A stretch of 64,000 nucleotides of DNA, taken from NCBI GenBank assembly GCA_038110525.1, contig JAYNJV010000001.1, forward strand, positions 32,355-96,354. Reading direction: 5' to 3'. Below are positions 10,065-18,333 of this stretch, in pieces; position 1 is the stretch's first letter, and each line of letters opens with the position of its first letter. The notes under the pieces are model-generated. The model was not told the DNA's origin, searched no databases, and worked only from the letters and a program-made list of their open reading frames with translations. Source of the DNA: Candidatus Poseidoniales archaeon. GTDB taxonomy: Archaea > Thermoplasmatota > Poseidoniia > Poseidoniales > Poseidoniaceae. Made by a program: the position numbers and the translations under genes.

Positions 10065-11042
10065 ATGGTCAGTTGGTTCTCGAAGCTCGTCGTTTCGATG
10101 ACCATTCGCATGCCTCGATGGTTTGTGCGTTGGGTCAGCCGAAGGTATGTTGCTGGACCAAACCTTGCTGACGCAGTGAATATCATGACGCGATTGAAAA
10201 AGGAAGGAGCCTGTTTTACAATTGACGTCTTGGGAGAAGAAATTACAACTTTTGACGAAGCACTCGATTTTTACAATGAATACGAGAAAGTCATCTCGGC
10301 CATTGCTGAGAACAAACTTGACGCAAATATTAGTATCAAACCGACAGCCTTTGGAATCCATATCGATTATGAACAAGGTGCAGCACTTATTGAAAAATTG
10401 ACAACCTATGCAAACCAACATCAAATGTTTGTTCGTTTGGATATGGAAGATCATAGAGTCACTGATGATACCATTAACATCGTGATTGACCTTCATCAAA
10501 AAGGAATCAAAAACATTGGTACTGTTTTGCAAGGAAGACTTCATCGAACGCTTGGCGACATCGAAACACTTCGAGAAAAATTAGGTTCAGATGCTGATTA
10601 CAGAATCTGCAAAGGAATATACCTTGAACCTGAAAACATCGCTCACACTGGTTATGCAGAGATTGTTCATGCTACCAACAAAGCTATTGACACCATGTTT
10701 GATGCAGGTGCTTATGTTGGTATTGCTACACACGATAAACCAGTCATTTTGCACACGATAGAAAAATTGAATCAATTAAACATGGGCCCTGGAAAAAAAG
10801 ACACCAGAGAACATGCGAGTGGTATTCGGCAAGGAAAAGGACCAGGTTATGAATTTCAAATGTTACTGGGTGTTCGTGGACCTCTTCGAAGGAAACTACT
10901 CAAAGAAGGACATCGGGTTCGGGTGTATATTCCATATGGCGAGAAGTGGTATGAATACAGTATACGCCGTTTGAAAGAAAATCCGACCATTGGTACTCAT
11001 GTAGCTAAAGCATTCTTGATGCCGTGGACAAATCGTCCTTAA
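10065..11042 (+). CDS. proline dehydrogenase
   Basis: The pattern YVAGPNLADAVNIMTRLKKEGACFTIDVLGEE plus later ...ICKGIY...IATHD... fits the monofunctional proline dehydrogenase family. I chose ATG 10065, which is preceded by GGAGAG. The ORF is open from TTG 10044. Confidence 0.75.
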   Translation: MVSWFSKLVVSMTIRMPRWFVRWVSRRYVAGPNLADAVNIMTRLKKEGACFTIDVLGEEITTFDEALDFYNEYEKVISAIAENKLDANISIKPTAFGIHIDYEQGAALIEKLTTYANQHQMFVRLDMEDHRVTDDTINIVIDLHQKGIKNIGTVLQGRLHRTLGDIETLREKLGSDADYRICKGIYLEPENIAHTGYAEIVHATNKAIDTMFDAGAYVGIATHDKPVILHTIEKLNQLNMGPGKKDTREHASGIRQGKGPGYEFQMLLGVRGPLRRKLLKEGHRVRVYIPYGEKWYEYSIRRLKENPTIGTHVAKAFLMPWTNRP

Positions 11043-11797
11043 GATCGATGTTTTTTATTTCGCCTTCCATGTCGCTGTTGATTCGGTTTATCATCAGAAG
11101 GCTTAGGCCGAATAGGATTTGGGTTGTAACCAAGTCGTCCCTCTTTCCATGCTTGTCGTCGTTCACGAGGTGTTTTGGGTTCAAGTTCTTTCTTGTCGAC
11201 TGGTTCGTGCAAGTAGATTCGCTTGATATCTTGACAAACGACTGTGCCTTTCATGGTTCGCCCTTTTCCAGTATGAATGGCACGAATAACCCACTCACGG
11301 TTTTGATGTTTAAAGATTGAACCTGCTTTGAATGGAGTATCATATGGAACAAATAGAACATCGGGATACGATCTTTCACCTACTGTACAAGTGAGTTTAA
11401 CCCTTATCATATCCACGCGCATTGCATTGATGGTATCGACTTCTTGAGCCTGCAAGCGCTTATGGTAGGACTTATCTTTGGCTTGAATTTGATTGATGCG
11501 CCAAATTTTTTCATCGTGTTCGAATACATCATCGAGGATGAATTCTTCATCTTTATCGACATTGATTTTTTGATGGCTTGAATGTGCTCCATCTGACAAA
11601 ATAAACGACAGAATTACTTCTGGGGGTCGCCTAAACTCCACGGTGTAAATGCGGTTGCAATCTTGACATTTTACAAGTAAATCAACACCTTCGCCTCTTG
11701 GCTTTTCATTTAGAATGTCATGTGCAGTTAAATCTGCGCAATCAGGACAATGCAACGCGTTGTCAAGAGTTTCCTCTTCCTCAAACTCGTCGTCCAT
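11039..11797 (-). CDS. zinc-ribbon protein with a basic C-terminal tail (possibly the HVO_0476-like zinc-finger family)
   Basis: An acidic N-terminus is followed by CPDC...(x21)...CQDC. The C-terminal tail is lysine/arginine-rich (KPNQQRHGRRNKKHRS). The family assignment comes from memory only. Confidence 0.6.
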   Translation of the reverse strand: MDDEFEEEETLDNALHCPDCADLTAHDILNEKPRGEGVDLLVKCQDCNRIYTVEFRRPPEVILSFILSDGAHSSHQKINVDKDEEFILDDVFEHDEKIWRINQIQAKDKSYHKRLQAQEVDTINAMRVDMIRVKLTCTVGERSYPDVLFVPYDTPFKAGSIFKHQNREWVIRAIHTGKGRTMKGTVVCQDIKRIYLHEPVDKKELEPKTPRERRQAWKEGRLGYNPNPIRPKPSDDKPNQQRHGRRNKKHRS

Positions 11798-11882
11798 GTT
11801 TAACCGCCGTGCCTTCCCCGTTTGAAATCATCGGCTCAAAGGTAGAACAAGGCTTCATACATAGAGGCGTTTAGGCGAGACC

Positions 11883-12620
11883 ATGGATGACATTGATGGT
11901 CAGTTACCACTTGATGAACTCCTTTCAATAAACGACAAACATGACAGAGAGCAACCTTTGATTTCCAATAATATTTATGAGCAGCTCAAGCATATGGAAC
12001 TTGATGCTTGGTCAATTTCTGTCAACCGGAGATTAAGAGACGCAATTTCCCGGATTCAACCACGAACAGTACTTGAGATTGGGGGGCAAATTGGATTGAG
12101 AACATCTTGGTTATTCGATCTCATTGAAAGAGATGATTGGAATCCAGAAAACTATGTCATCTTAGAGGAAGGGCCGAAATTTGGAGTCATTCTCAAACGA
12201 TTGATTCAAAGATACAATGTGATGAATCAAACACATGTTGCCATACAACATCCAATGACGTATATTGAGGAATATACTTTGTGGAAGCAAACTCAACTAG
12301 TTAAACAAGGAGATAACTCATCACATTATCTTTCACATATCGATTGTATTATTGTAGACTCGAATATTGAACACCATATTGATTTGGTGGACAAGTGCTT
12401 GAAGGTGATGGATGAAGGTGGATATCTATTTACCCTTGAGCCAACGGTTCCAACCGACGATTTGGACACCAAATTACCCGAGGTTCAACAACGCATTTCA
12501 AATTTTAATCACTGGATACGAATGATTCGTGAATCAAAGGACGAATTTGAAATTGGTTTCACTCCGCTGCATGAGGGAACAATTGTTACATTCAGGAAGA
12601 TGCATCAATCAAATTCTTAA
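11883..12620 (+). CDS. class I SAM-dependent O-methyltransferase-like protein
   Basis: Motif-I-like VLEIGGQIGLRTSW is present. The later layout (DCIIVDSNIEHHIDLVDKCLKVMDEGGYLF) resembles family-3 O-methyltransferases. The match is weak. Confidence 0.5.
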   Translation: MDDIDGQLPLDELLSINDKHDREQPLISNNIYEQLKHMELDAWSISVNRRLRDAISRIQPRTVLEIGGQIGLRTSWLFDLIERDDWNPENYVILEEGPKFGVILKRLIQRYNVMNQTHVAIQHPMTYIEEYTLWKQTQLVKQGDNSSHYLSHIDCIIVDSNIEHHIDLVDKCLKVMDEGGYLFTLEPTVPTDDLDTKLPEVQQRISNFNHWIRMIRESKDEFEIGFTPLHEGTIVTFRKMHQSNS

Positions 12621-13743
12621 TTTTTAATACACCGTATCCGTACTTGTCATCGTGGCCAGTTTGCCCTGATTTTGGTCCACTTGAATCCATGATCCATTGC
12701 TTTACCTCCTCAATACTCGAGCTTCCATCATTCGTTTCATGTTGCATTTCGGGCCTTGCTTCAAGAAGAAGTGCAATTGCTCCGCTTACATACGCAGTAG
12801 CTGCACTCGTTCCATCGACGAGTGCCCACTTACTGTCGAGACTAATCACTGGGACTGCATGTGCTGGGGCAATAACTTCTGGCTTTTTGTTTGGGTCAGT
12901 GCGAGGGATAAATGGCCAAGTTGACCGTATATTGTTGTCGCCGATTGATGACCCTGACCAACTTTCACCATTGCTCATTACCCCTCCAACACTAATCACT
13001 AATTCCTCGCTTGATGGGTGTGCAACATCTCCATCGTCATTCTCGCCACCATCATTACCGGCTGCGGCGACGACAAAAATTCCTGCATCAATTGCGTCAT
13101 TCGACGCATCACCTGATGACCTTCCACCTCCGAGCGTAAATGGTAAGATACCAGGTGCCCCTCCAAGTGAAAGTGAGATCACATCTGCACCTTTGAGTAC
13201 ACACCAATCGATGGCCTCTGCCACAATTTCATCAGAACCCTCTCCGGATTTTGAGAGGGCCTTTGCAACATATAGATTCACTTGAGGGGCTACACCTTGA
13301 AGCCAACCGTCTGCTACGATAATTCCAGCCATTGCTGTGCCATGTCCATTATCATCGTAAGGTGTAGTTTGGGCGTTGATAAAATCAAACCAACCACTTA
13401 ACACAATATGGTCGATGTCTGGGTGCGTTAGGTCAATTCCGGAGTCGACGATACACAAGTCGACCCCGTCGCCTTGAAATGAAATTTGATTTTGTTGAAT
13501 CATGTTTTGATATGTGGTGTGTCTTTCGAGTGCGTATTCAGTAGGCTTGAGTAATATTGTGCCCCCTGAGAGATACAGAATAACGAAATACGCTACTGCG
13601 GATATGAAGGCGATACTTAGGCCAATTGACACGACACGTTTTACAAAGATGATGTCGGGGTCGTCAGAGAGGTCAACATCATCCTCAAATTTCGAGTTTT
13701 GTGTCAACATGAAATCAGGTGTTGGCGGCAGGCGGTCTTCCAT
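12592..13743 (-). CDS. membrane-anchored subtilisin-like serine protease (S8)
   Basis: The catalytic triad motifs are VDSGIDLTHPDI (Asp), HGTAMAGII (His) and GTSAATAYVSGAIALL (Ser). An N-terminal TM helix is present (IGLSIAFISAVAYFVILYL). ATG 13743 is preceded by GGGTGA, which overlaps the sufS stop. Confidence 0.85.
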   Translation of the reverse strand: MEDRLPPTPDFMLTQNSKFEDDVDLSDDPDIIFVKRVVSIGLSIAFISAVAYFVILYLSGGTILLKPTEYALERHTTYQNMIQQNQISFQGDGVDLCIVDSGIDLTHPDIDHIVLSGWFDFINAQTTPYDDNGHGTAMAGIIVADGWLQGVAPQVNLYVAKALSKSGEGSDEIVAEAIDWCVLKGADVISLSLGGAPGILPFTLGGGRSSGDASNDAIDAGIFVVAAAGNDGGENDDGDVAHPSSEELVISVGGVMSNGESWSGSSIGDNNIRSTWPFIPRTDPNKKPEVIAPAHAVPVISLDSKWALVDGTSAATAYVSGAIALLLEARPEMQHETNDGSSSIEEVKQWIMDSSGPKSGQTGHDDKYGYGVLKIKNLIDASS

Positions 13744-13747
13744 ATAT

Positions 13748-14962
13748 TCACCCAAGAATGGTTAAGATTTCTTCCAATGTATCAGAAAATCGTTTCACAT
13801 CTTCTTCTGTGTTGTACAGATATGCAGATGCACGTAGCGAACCTTCAATGTTGTGTGCATGAAACCAAGAGTGGACACAATGCTGTCCGCTTCTCACCAT
13901 AACATCATTTGATTCATCAAGAAGCATTGCGATTTCGTGAGGGTCGTGCTTCTTGAGATGCAAGGATAATATCCCACCACGTAGCGAAGGTTGCTCTGGA
14001 CCAATAATTTCAACCCCATCAATATCTTTGAGTCGATTTGTCATGATACTGTTGAGCCGAACCTCGTGTTCAAAAATCTCATTCAAATCAAATGTGGATA
14101 AGTAATCAACAGCATCACCAGTGGCTTTCATTCCAGCAAAATGCCCGAGTCCTCCTTCAAAACGAGCTGGAGGTTCGGCCCATTCAAAACCATCATAGCG
14201 AGTCGATTTGACTGTTTGTCCTCCTGCTTGAATGGAACGAAGTGACCCAAGGTGTTCTTTTTTTGCCCAAAAACCACCCATGCCTGAGGGCCCACACATC
14301 TTGTGAATCGAGAAAGCGAAAAAATCAACTCCAAGGTCCTGAACATCAACAGGCTTGTGGGGTAATGACTGTGCTCCATCGACACAAACAAGGGCATCAA
14401 AATCATGGGCGATTTTGGCAATTTCTTTCACAGGTGTTGATACACCATCGAGATTACCTACATGACCAACTGAAACCATCCTCAATTTATCGCCAGCTTC
14501 ATTGCACATATTTTCAAATTCTTCAAGGTTGAAAGTGTTGTCCTCAAAACTTGGTATCACGCGATGATCGACGCCTTGTTCTTGTTCAAGTTGCAACCAA
14601 GGGACGAGATTAGAATTATGTTCTCTGTCCGTTGTAAGTACAATGTCATCTTTCTCCCAAGAAAGACCCTTAGATATTTGATTCAGTGATTGAGTTGCAT
14701 TTTTTGTGAAGACGATTTCATTCACTTCATTTGCATTGACCATACTTGATAATTTTTTTCGAGATTCAACAATCGCTTTGGATACCATTGTGCCATATTT
14801 GTGAACAGACCTACCTCCACATCCAGGACTTATTTCGTAGTAATCACGAATGGATTGTATCACTGAATTTGGGCGTAGTGTCACACATGCATTATCCAAG
14901 TATGCGGGAGCATTGTCATTGGCGAGCGTTGGAAAATCTTGCCGGATTTTTTGGACATCCAT
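13748..14962 (-). CDS. sufS: cysteine desulfurase (class V aminotransferase, SufS/CsdA-like)
   Basis: The PLP-lysine motif SIHKMCGPSG and the active-site Cys motif RSGQHC are present. MDVQKIRQDFP is a typical N-terminus. GGAGG lies 10 nt upstream of ATG 14962. Confidence 0.85.
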   Translation of the reverse strand: MDVQKIRQDFPTLANDNAPAYLDNACVTLRPNSVIQSIRDYYEISPGCGGRSVHKYGTMVSKAIVESRKKLSSMVNANEVNEIVFTKNATQSLNQISKGLSWEKDDIVLTTDREHNSNLVPWLQLEQEQGVDHRVIPSFEDNTFNLEEFENMCNEAGDKLRMVSVGHVGNLDGVSTPVKEIAKIAHDFDALVCVDGAQSLPHKPVDVQDLGVDFFAFSIHKMCGPSGMGGFWAKKEHLGSLRSIQAGGQTVKSTRYDGFEWAEPPARFEGGLGHFAGMKATGDAVDYLSTFDLNEIFEHEVRLNSIMTNRLKDIDGVEIIGPEQPSLRGGILSLHLKKHDPHEIAMLLDESNDVMVRSGQHCVHSWFHAHNIEGSLRASAYLYNTEEDVKRFSDTLEEILTILG

Positions 14963-14964
14963 GT

Positions 14965-16134
14965 TTACCAAACCTCCAAATTTGGAAAATAATCGATAGC
15001 AGGTGAGTTCATTCCACACGATTCACAATTAATTCTTGAGGGCATTTGTTGTTTACATTTCTTACATTTTGTACCAATTGGAACAAGTGTTTTGCAACTT
15101 TGTGATGAACATGGGTGTGCTATTGACCCATCATCTAATCGCACAAGAGCACTTTCAGCCCCACACTCTACGCATGCTGCTTTTTTGCTATGATGTGTTG
15201 ACCCCTGAACCAATTCCTCGCCAATGAGTTCTCCATTTTCTAATAGAAGTTCACGTTCTGCAATTCTCGCAGCTTTTGTTTGAATTGTTGTTGTTTTACC
15301 CAACATGCGTTGTGGATACCAAAGAATGGTCATCAAGAGGGGAACAGTGATGCCACCAAATAAAAGATGAAGCCCAAAAAAGAGAAGTGAATTTGTTCCA
15401 CGTTCTGCGATAAAATGTGTGCCACTCCACGATCCAATGAGCACAAAAAAGACCCAGATAAAGAACAGTGCACTCCAACCTCGAAGTGAGTGTTCTCTCA
15501 TTTCTAGTTCCATGACACGGACATCTTCATGGACGTGATTTAATTCAATGTGTAGGTCTCGAGTTTCAATAACGGCTTTCCAGAAAAAATAGAGAAAGAA
15601 TGCAACAATGAGGATGAGTAGTGTGCCCTGCATCATTTCGGAAAGTTTGAAATCGAATGGAAAGTTGCTGTTTTCTGTATGAAAAAATATCATTGCTCCC
15701 ATGACAAGGTTCCACATGAGGATAAGTGAGATTGTATGTGTTCTCATCGCAGGAAACAAAATCCATGTGTTGTAAAGGAACCATAACCATAGCAACATGG
15801 AGAGTATTAACTGAAAGTAATTTGCTCCTCCAACTTCACTGATGCCTTGTAATCCTGATAAACGTGCATTTCCGCCATCAAAAACCTCACCTGAAATTGA
15901 ACCGAGTAAAAAGGCGATGATACCAGCAAGAATAGTGGTGAGATATCCCCTATTCCAATCGTTTTTTGCAAGCTTGAAAATGAATTTCACTTCTTTTTGG
16001 ATGGAGTTGAATGAATGCAAAAACGAATGCTCTTTGAACTGAAAAAAAGGTTGCATATCGTCGAGATTGAACGGTTTTCCACCAGTTGTAAGTTCTGATT
16101 CTGAATTCAGAACTGATGGGCTCATCTCGCTCAT
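14965..16134 (-). CDS. polytopic membrane protein with a C-terminal multi-zinc-ribbon domain
   Basis: It has about 7 predicted TM helices. The soluble tail carries three CxxC pairs (CVECG..., CKKCK, CESCG). Its stop lies 2 nt before the sufS ATG. Confidence 0.6.
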   Translation of the reverse strand: MSEMSPSVLNSESELTTGGKPFNLDDMQPFFQFKEHSFLHSFNSIQKEVKFIFKLAKNDWNRGYLTTILAGIIAFLLGSISGEVFDGGNARLSGLQGISEVGGANYFQLILSMLLWLWFLYNTWILFPAMRTHTISLILMWNLVMGAMIFFHTENSNFPFDFKLSEMMQGTLLILIVAFFLYFFWKAVIETRDLHIELNHVHEDVRVMELEMREHSLRGWSALFFIWVFFVLIGSWSGTHFIAERGTNSLLFFGLHLLFGGITVPLLMTILWYPQRMLGKTTTIQTKAARIAERELLLENGELIGEELVQGSTHHSKKAACVECGAESALVRLDDGSIAHPCSSQSCKTLVPIGTKCKKCKQQMPSRINCESCGMNSPAIDYFPNLEVW

Positions 16135-16206
16135 GAAGAGTCGACGGAGGCTAAGTTATGATAACTTTGGGTTGATTTTCTTCAACATACGACCACATGC
16201 GTAGCG

Positions 16207-16214
16207 ATTAAACC
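16207..16214 (+). promoter_or_regulatory. candidate TATA box for tRNA-Ser
   Basis: ATTAAACC lies 24-31 nt upstream of tRNA position 1. Confidence 0.4.
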
Positions 16215-16237
16215 ATCAATCGCCTCGGAGGGGTGCG

Positions 16238-16323
16238 GCCGAGATCGCATAGCCTGGTAGTGCGCGCGACTGGAAATCGCGTGGGTTCGTCCCTCGGGAG
16301 TTCAAATCTCTCTCTCGGCGCCA
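16238..16323 (+). tRNA. tRNA-Ser (anticodon GGA), class II with a long variable arm and encoded CCA
   Basis: I folded the cloverleaf by hand. Acceptor GCCGAGA/TCTCGGC, anticodon stem CGCGA/TCGCG, loop CTGGAAA. The variable arm is 14 nt (TGGGTTCGTCCCTC), the T arm is GGGAG-TTCAAAT-CTCTC, and the discriminator G is followed by CCA. The region is GC-rich against an AT-rich background. Confidence 0.85.
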
Positions 16324-16354
16324 CACTTCGTTTGATAGTTGATAGAGCAAAGCG

Positions 16355-16362
16355 GTTAAATC
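16355..16362 (+). promoter_or_regulatory. candidate TATA box for tRNA-Thr
   Basis: GTTAAATC lies 25-32 nt upstream of tRNA position 1. Confidence 0.4.
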
Positions 16363-16386
16363 AAGATGTAAGGTCGCCCACTTGTT

Positions 16387-16461
16387 GCCACCGTGGCTTA
16401 GTGGTATAGCACCTCATTGGTAATGAGGAGGTCGCGAGTTCGATCCTCGCCGGTGGCTCCA
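16387..16461 (+). tRNA. tRNA-Thr (anticodon GGU), encoded CCA
   Basis: Acceptor GCCACCG/CGGTGGC, anticodon stem CCTCA/TGAGG with loop TTGGTAA, T arm GCGAG-TTCGATC-CTCGC, then T-CCA at the 3' end. Confidence 0.9.
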
Positions 16462-16553
16462 CGACAGGAAATGACATGAAATAGCAAAAATCATCCTCAA
16501 TGTATAAAAGTCGATTTTGCAGATAAGGATTTGAAGGGCAACCTTCAGATGGG

Positions 16554-16745
16554 ATGCGCGTGAACAACACAGAGAGTGACAACATAAGAATGCAAAAGAA
16601 AGTTCGAGAATTACAATCTCAGGTCAATGAACTCAAAGATTTGGTCAACACCTTGCTGAGCGTTATAGTCGATGAACCAGATGGTGTCCATTCTGGGGCT
16701 GCACCGATGCCAGAAGGCATGATTCCACGCAATCTCTGTATGTGA
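16554..16745 (+). CDS. small coiled-coil protein (hypothetical)
   Basis: 63-aa ORF with heptad-like KKVRELQSQVNELKDLVNTLLSVI. TATAAAAG at 16503-16510 sits ~45 nt upstream. Its stop abuts the rtcB stop. There is no homology support. Confidence 0.3.
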   Translation: MRVNNTESDNIRMQKKVRELQSQVNELKDLVNTLLSVIVDEPDGVHSGAAPMPEGMIPRNLCM

Positions 16746-18221
16746 TTATCCTTTGACCACGAGTTGTGGTTGGAGTCGTACGACAGGCTGGGCTAAACCA
16801 GCATTTTTTGTCATCTCAATGACTGAATCTACATTTTTGTAGGCTTCAGGAGCCTCTTCTGCAAGCACATTTGGCGTCGATGCGTGAACACGAATTCCAT
16901 TTGATTCAAGTCTTGATTTTATGACATTTGCATCCAATGTTTGTTTAGCAATTGTTCTCGAGAGCGAGCGACCTGCTCCGTGACACGATGACCCAAATGC
17001 ATCATGGTCACCTTCAGAGGAACCTGATAAAATCCAAGAGCCATGTTCCATATTTCCCGGCACAAGGACTGGTTGCCCGGTCGAATGAAATGTCGCTGGT
17101 AATTCTTGATGGCCTTTCGAAAATGCTCGAGTAGCACCTTTTCGATGAACACAGCACGAACAATCGACCCCGTTGATCGTGTGGGTTTCGATTTTTGCAA
17201 TATTATGGGCTACATCGTACAAAGTTGTTGCTTCTCCAAGTTCACCCATCTCTAATCTGAGAACATCTCTCAATCGTTGTGTTAGGGCTGAACGATTTGC
17301 AAACGCAAAATTTGCTGCAGCATTCATTGAATCAAAATAATGCTGTCCAGCATCAGAAAAAAGTGGAGCAGCCGCAAGTTGTCGGTCCGGAATTTCAAAA
17401 CCCCATCCGTCGTGCTTCCATATTCCTTCTTGAAGTTTGTATTGTTGTTCTAAATCTCGAACGTGGTCGGTACAAACTTGATGGCCAAGGCCTCTGCTTC
17501 CAGAATGTATCATCACAACCAATTGACCCTCATAGAGCCCCCATTCTTTTGCACACCTTTGGTCGACCACCTTTGAGACAGATTGAATTTCTAAAAAGTG
17601 ATTTCCACTGCCAAGTGTTCCAAGGGACTGCAGTCCTCGTGCAATAGAACGTTCCGACAAATCAGCATGTTCAGTATGAAGCATACCTTCGGATTCGAGG
17701 TGATGTATGTCATCATGATGGCCGTATCCAAAATCTGCTGCAGCCTTTGCACCACGAAACAAAATGTCTGACAGTTGTTGTTCGGTGATTTCAACACCAC
17801 CTTTCCCCGATCCACCTGCGGGAATTCTTCCCGCCAATCTGCCACCCAATTTTTTAAGGTTCGGAACATCGTCAATCGTTGCCTCTAGTGCAAGGGCACG
17901 GACGCCACAATTAATGTCAAATCCAACCCCTCCAGGAGATATAGCGCCTCCTTCGTCGCCAAAATTGGTATCGGTTGCAACAACACCACCAATTGGGAAG
18001 CCGTAGCCAAAATGCCAATCGGCCATAGCCCATGCTTCACCAACGGCACCAGGTAGACATGCAGAATTTACAAGTTGGTCAATTGCCCTCATGTCTCCGT
18101 TTTGGTCAAAATTTGATTTTGATGAGACAATTCTGGCATCAACTTTCATATGACCATGTGCTTGAATTCGAAGAGTCCCATCACCTTCATCATGGAGATG
18201 TGGCCTCCAAGGCTGGGTCAT
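16746..18221 (-). CDS. rtcB: RNA-splicing ligase RtcB
   Basis: Signature motifs are present: MADWHFGYGFPIGG, GVGFDINCGVR, GSGNHFLEIQ, HSGSRGLGHQ and HRKGATRAF. The frame is open to TTG 18272. ATG 18221 is preceded by GGAGAG. Confidence 0.9.
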   Translation of the reverse strand: MTQPWRPHLHDEGDGTLRIQAHGHMKVDARIVSSKSNFDQNGDMRAIDQLVNSACLPGAVGEAWAMADWHFGYGFPIGGVVATDTNFGDEGGAISPGGVGFDINCGVRALALEATIDDVPNLKKLGGRLAGRIPAGGSGKGGVEITEQQLSDILFRGAKAAADFGYGHHDDIHHLESEGMLHTEHADLSERSIARGLQSLGTLGSGNHFLEIQSVSKVVDQRCAKEWGLYEGQLVVMIHSGSRGLGHQVCTDHVRDLEQQYKLQEGIWKHDGWGFEIPDRQLAAAPLFSDAGQHYFDSMNAAANFAFANRSALTQRLRDVLRLEMGELGEATTLYDVAHNIAKIETHTINGVDCSCCVHRKGATRAFSKGHQELPATFHSTGQPVLVPGNMEHGSWILSGSSEGDHDAFGSSCHGAGRSLSRTIAKQTLDANVIKSRLESNGIRVHASTPNVLAEEAPEAYKNVDSVIEMTKNAGLAQPVVRLQPQLVVKG

Positions 18222-18333
18222 ATTCTCTCCACTGACCATGCTCCTATGAGGTTTTTTAGGAAATTCACTCAATTGATAGGCGAGTCTTCAAAGGGGGGTG
18301 TGTTATGGACGAAGCATCGTGGAGGAGAGGTTG

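Noticed and set aside
12644-13285. 213-aa plus-strand ORF, Ser/Pro/Ala-rich. Similar long antisense ORFs lie at 9885-10544, 37035-37496, 41086-41451 and 44357-44854.
   Set aside because: Each is antisense to a gene with clear family motifs (subtilase, proline dehydrogenase, RND transporter, TPR membrane protein) or to a longer ORF. All have low-complexity composition typical of shadow frames.
16135-16553. tRNA pair considered as an integration hotspot for a mobile element
   Set aside because: There is no integrase, no partial tRNA duplication and no compositional shift in the flanks. The neighbours are core genes (rtcB, alaS, sufS).
16361-16585. 74-aa minus-strand ORF
   Set aside because: It runs antisense through tRNA-Thr (16387-16461) and has no start context.
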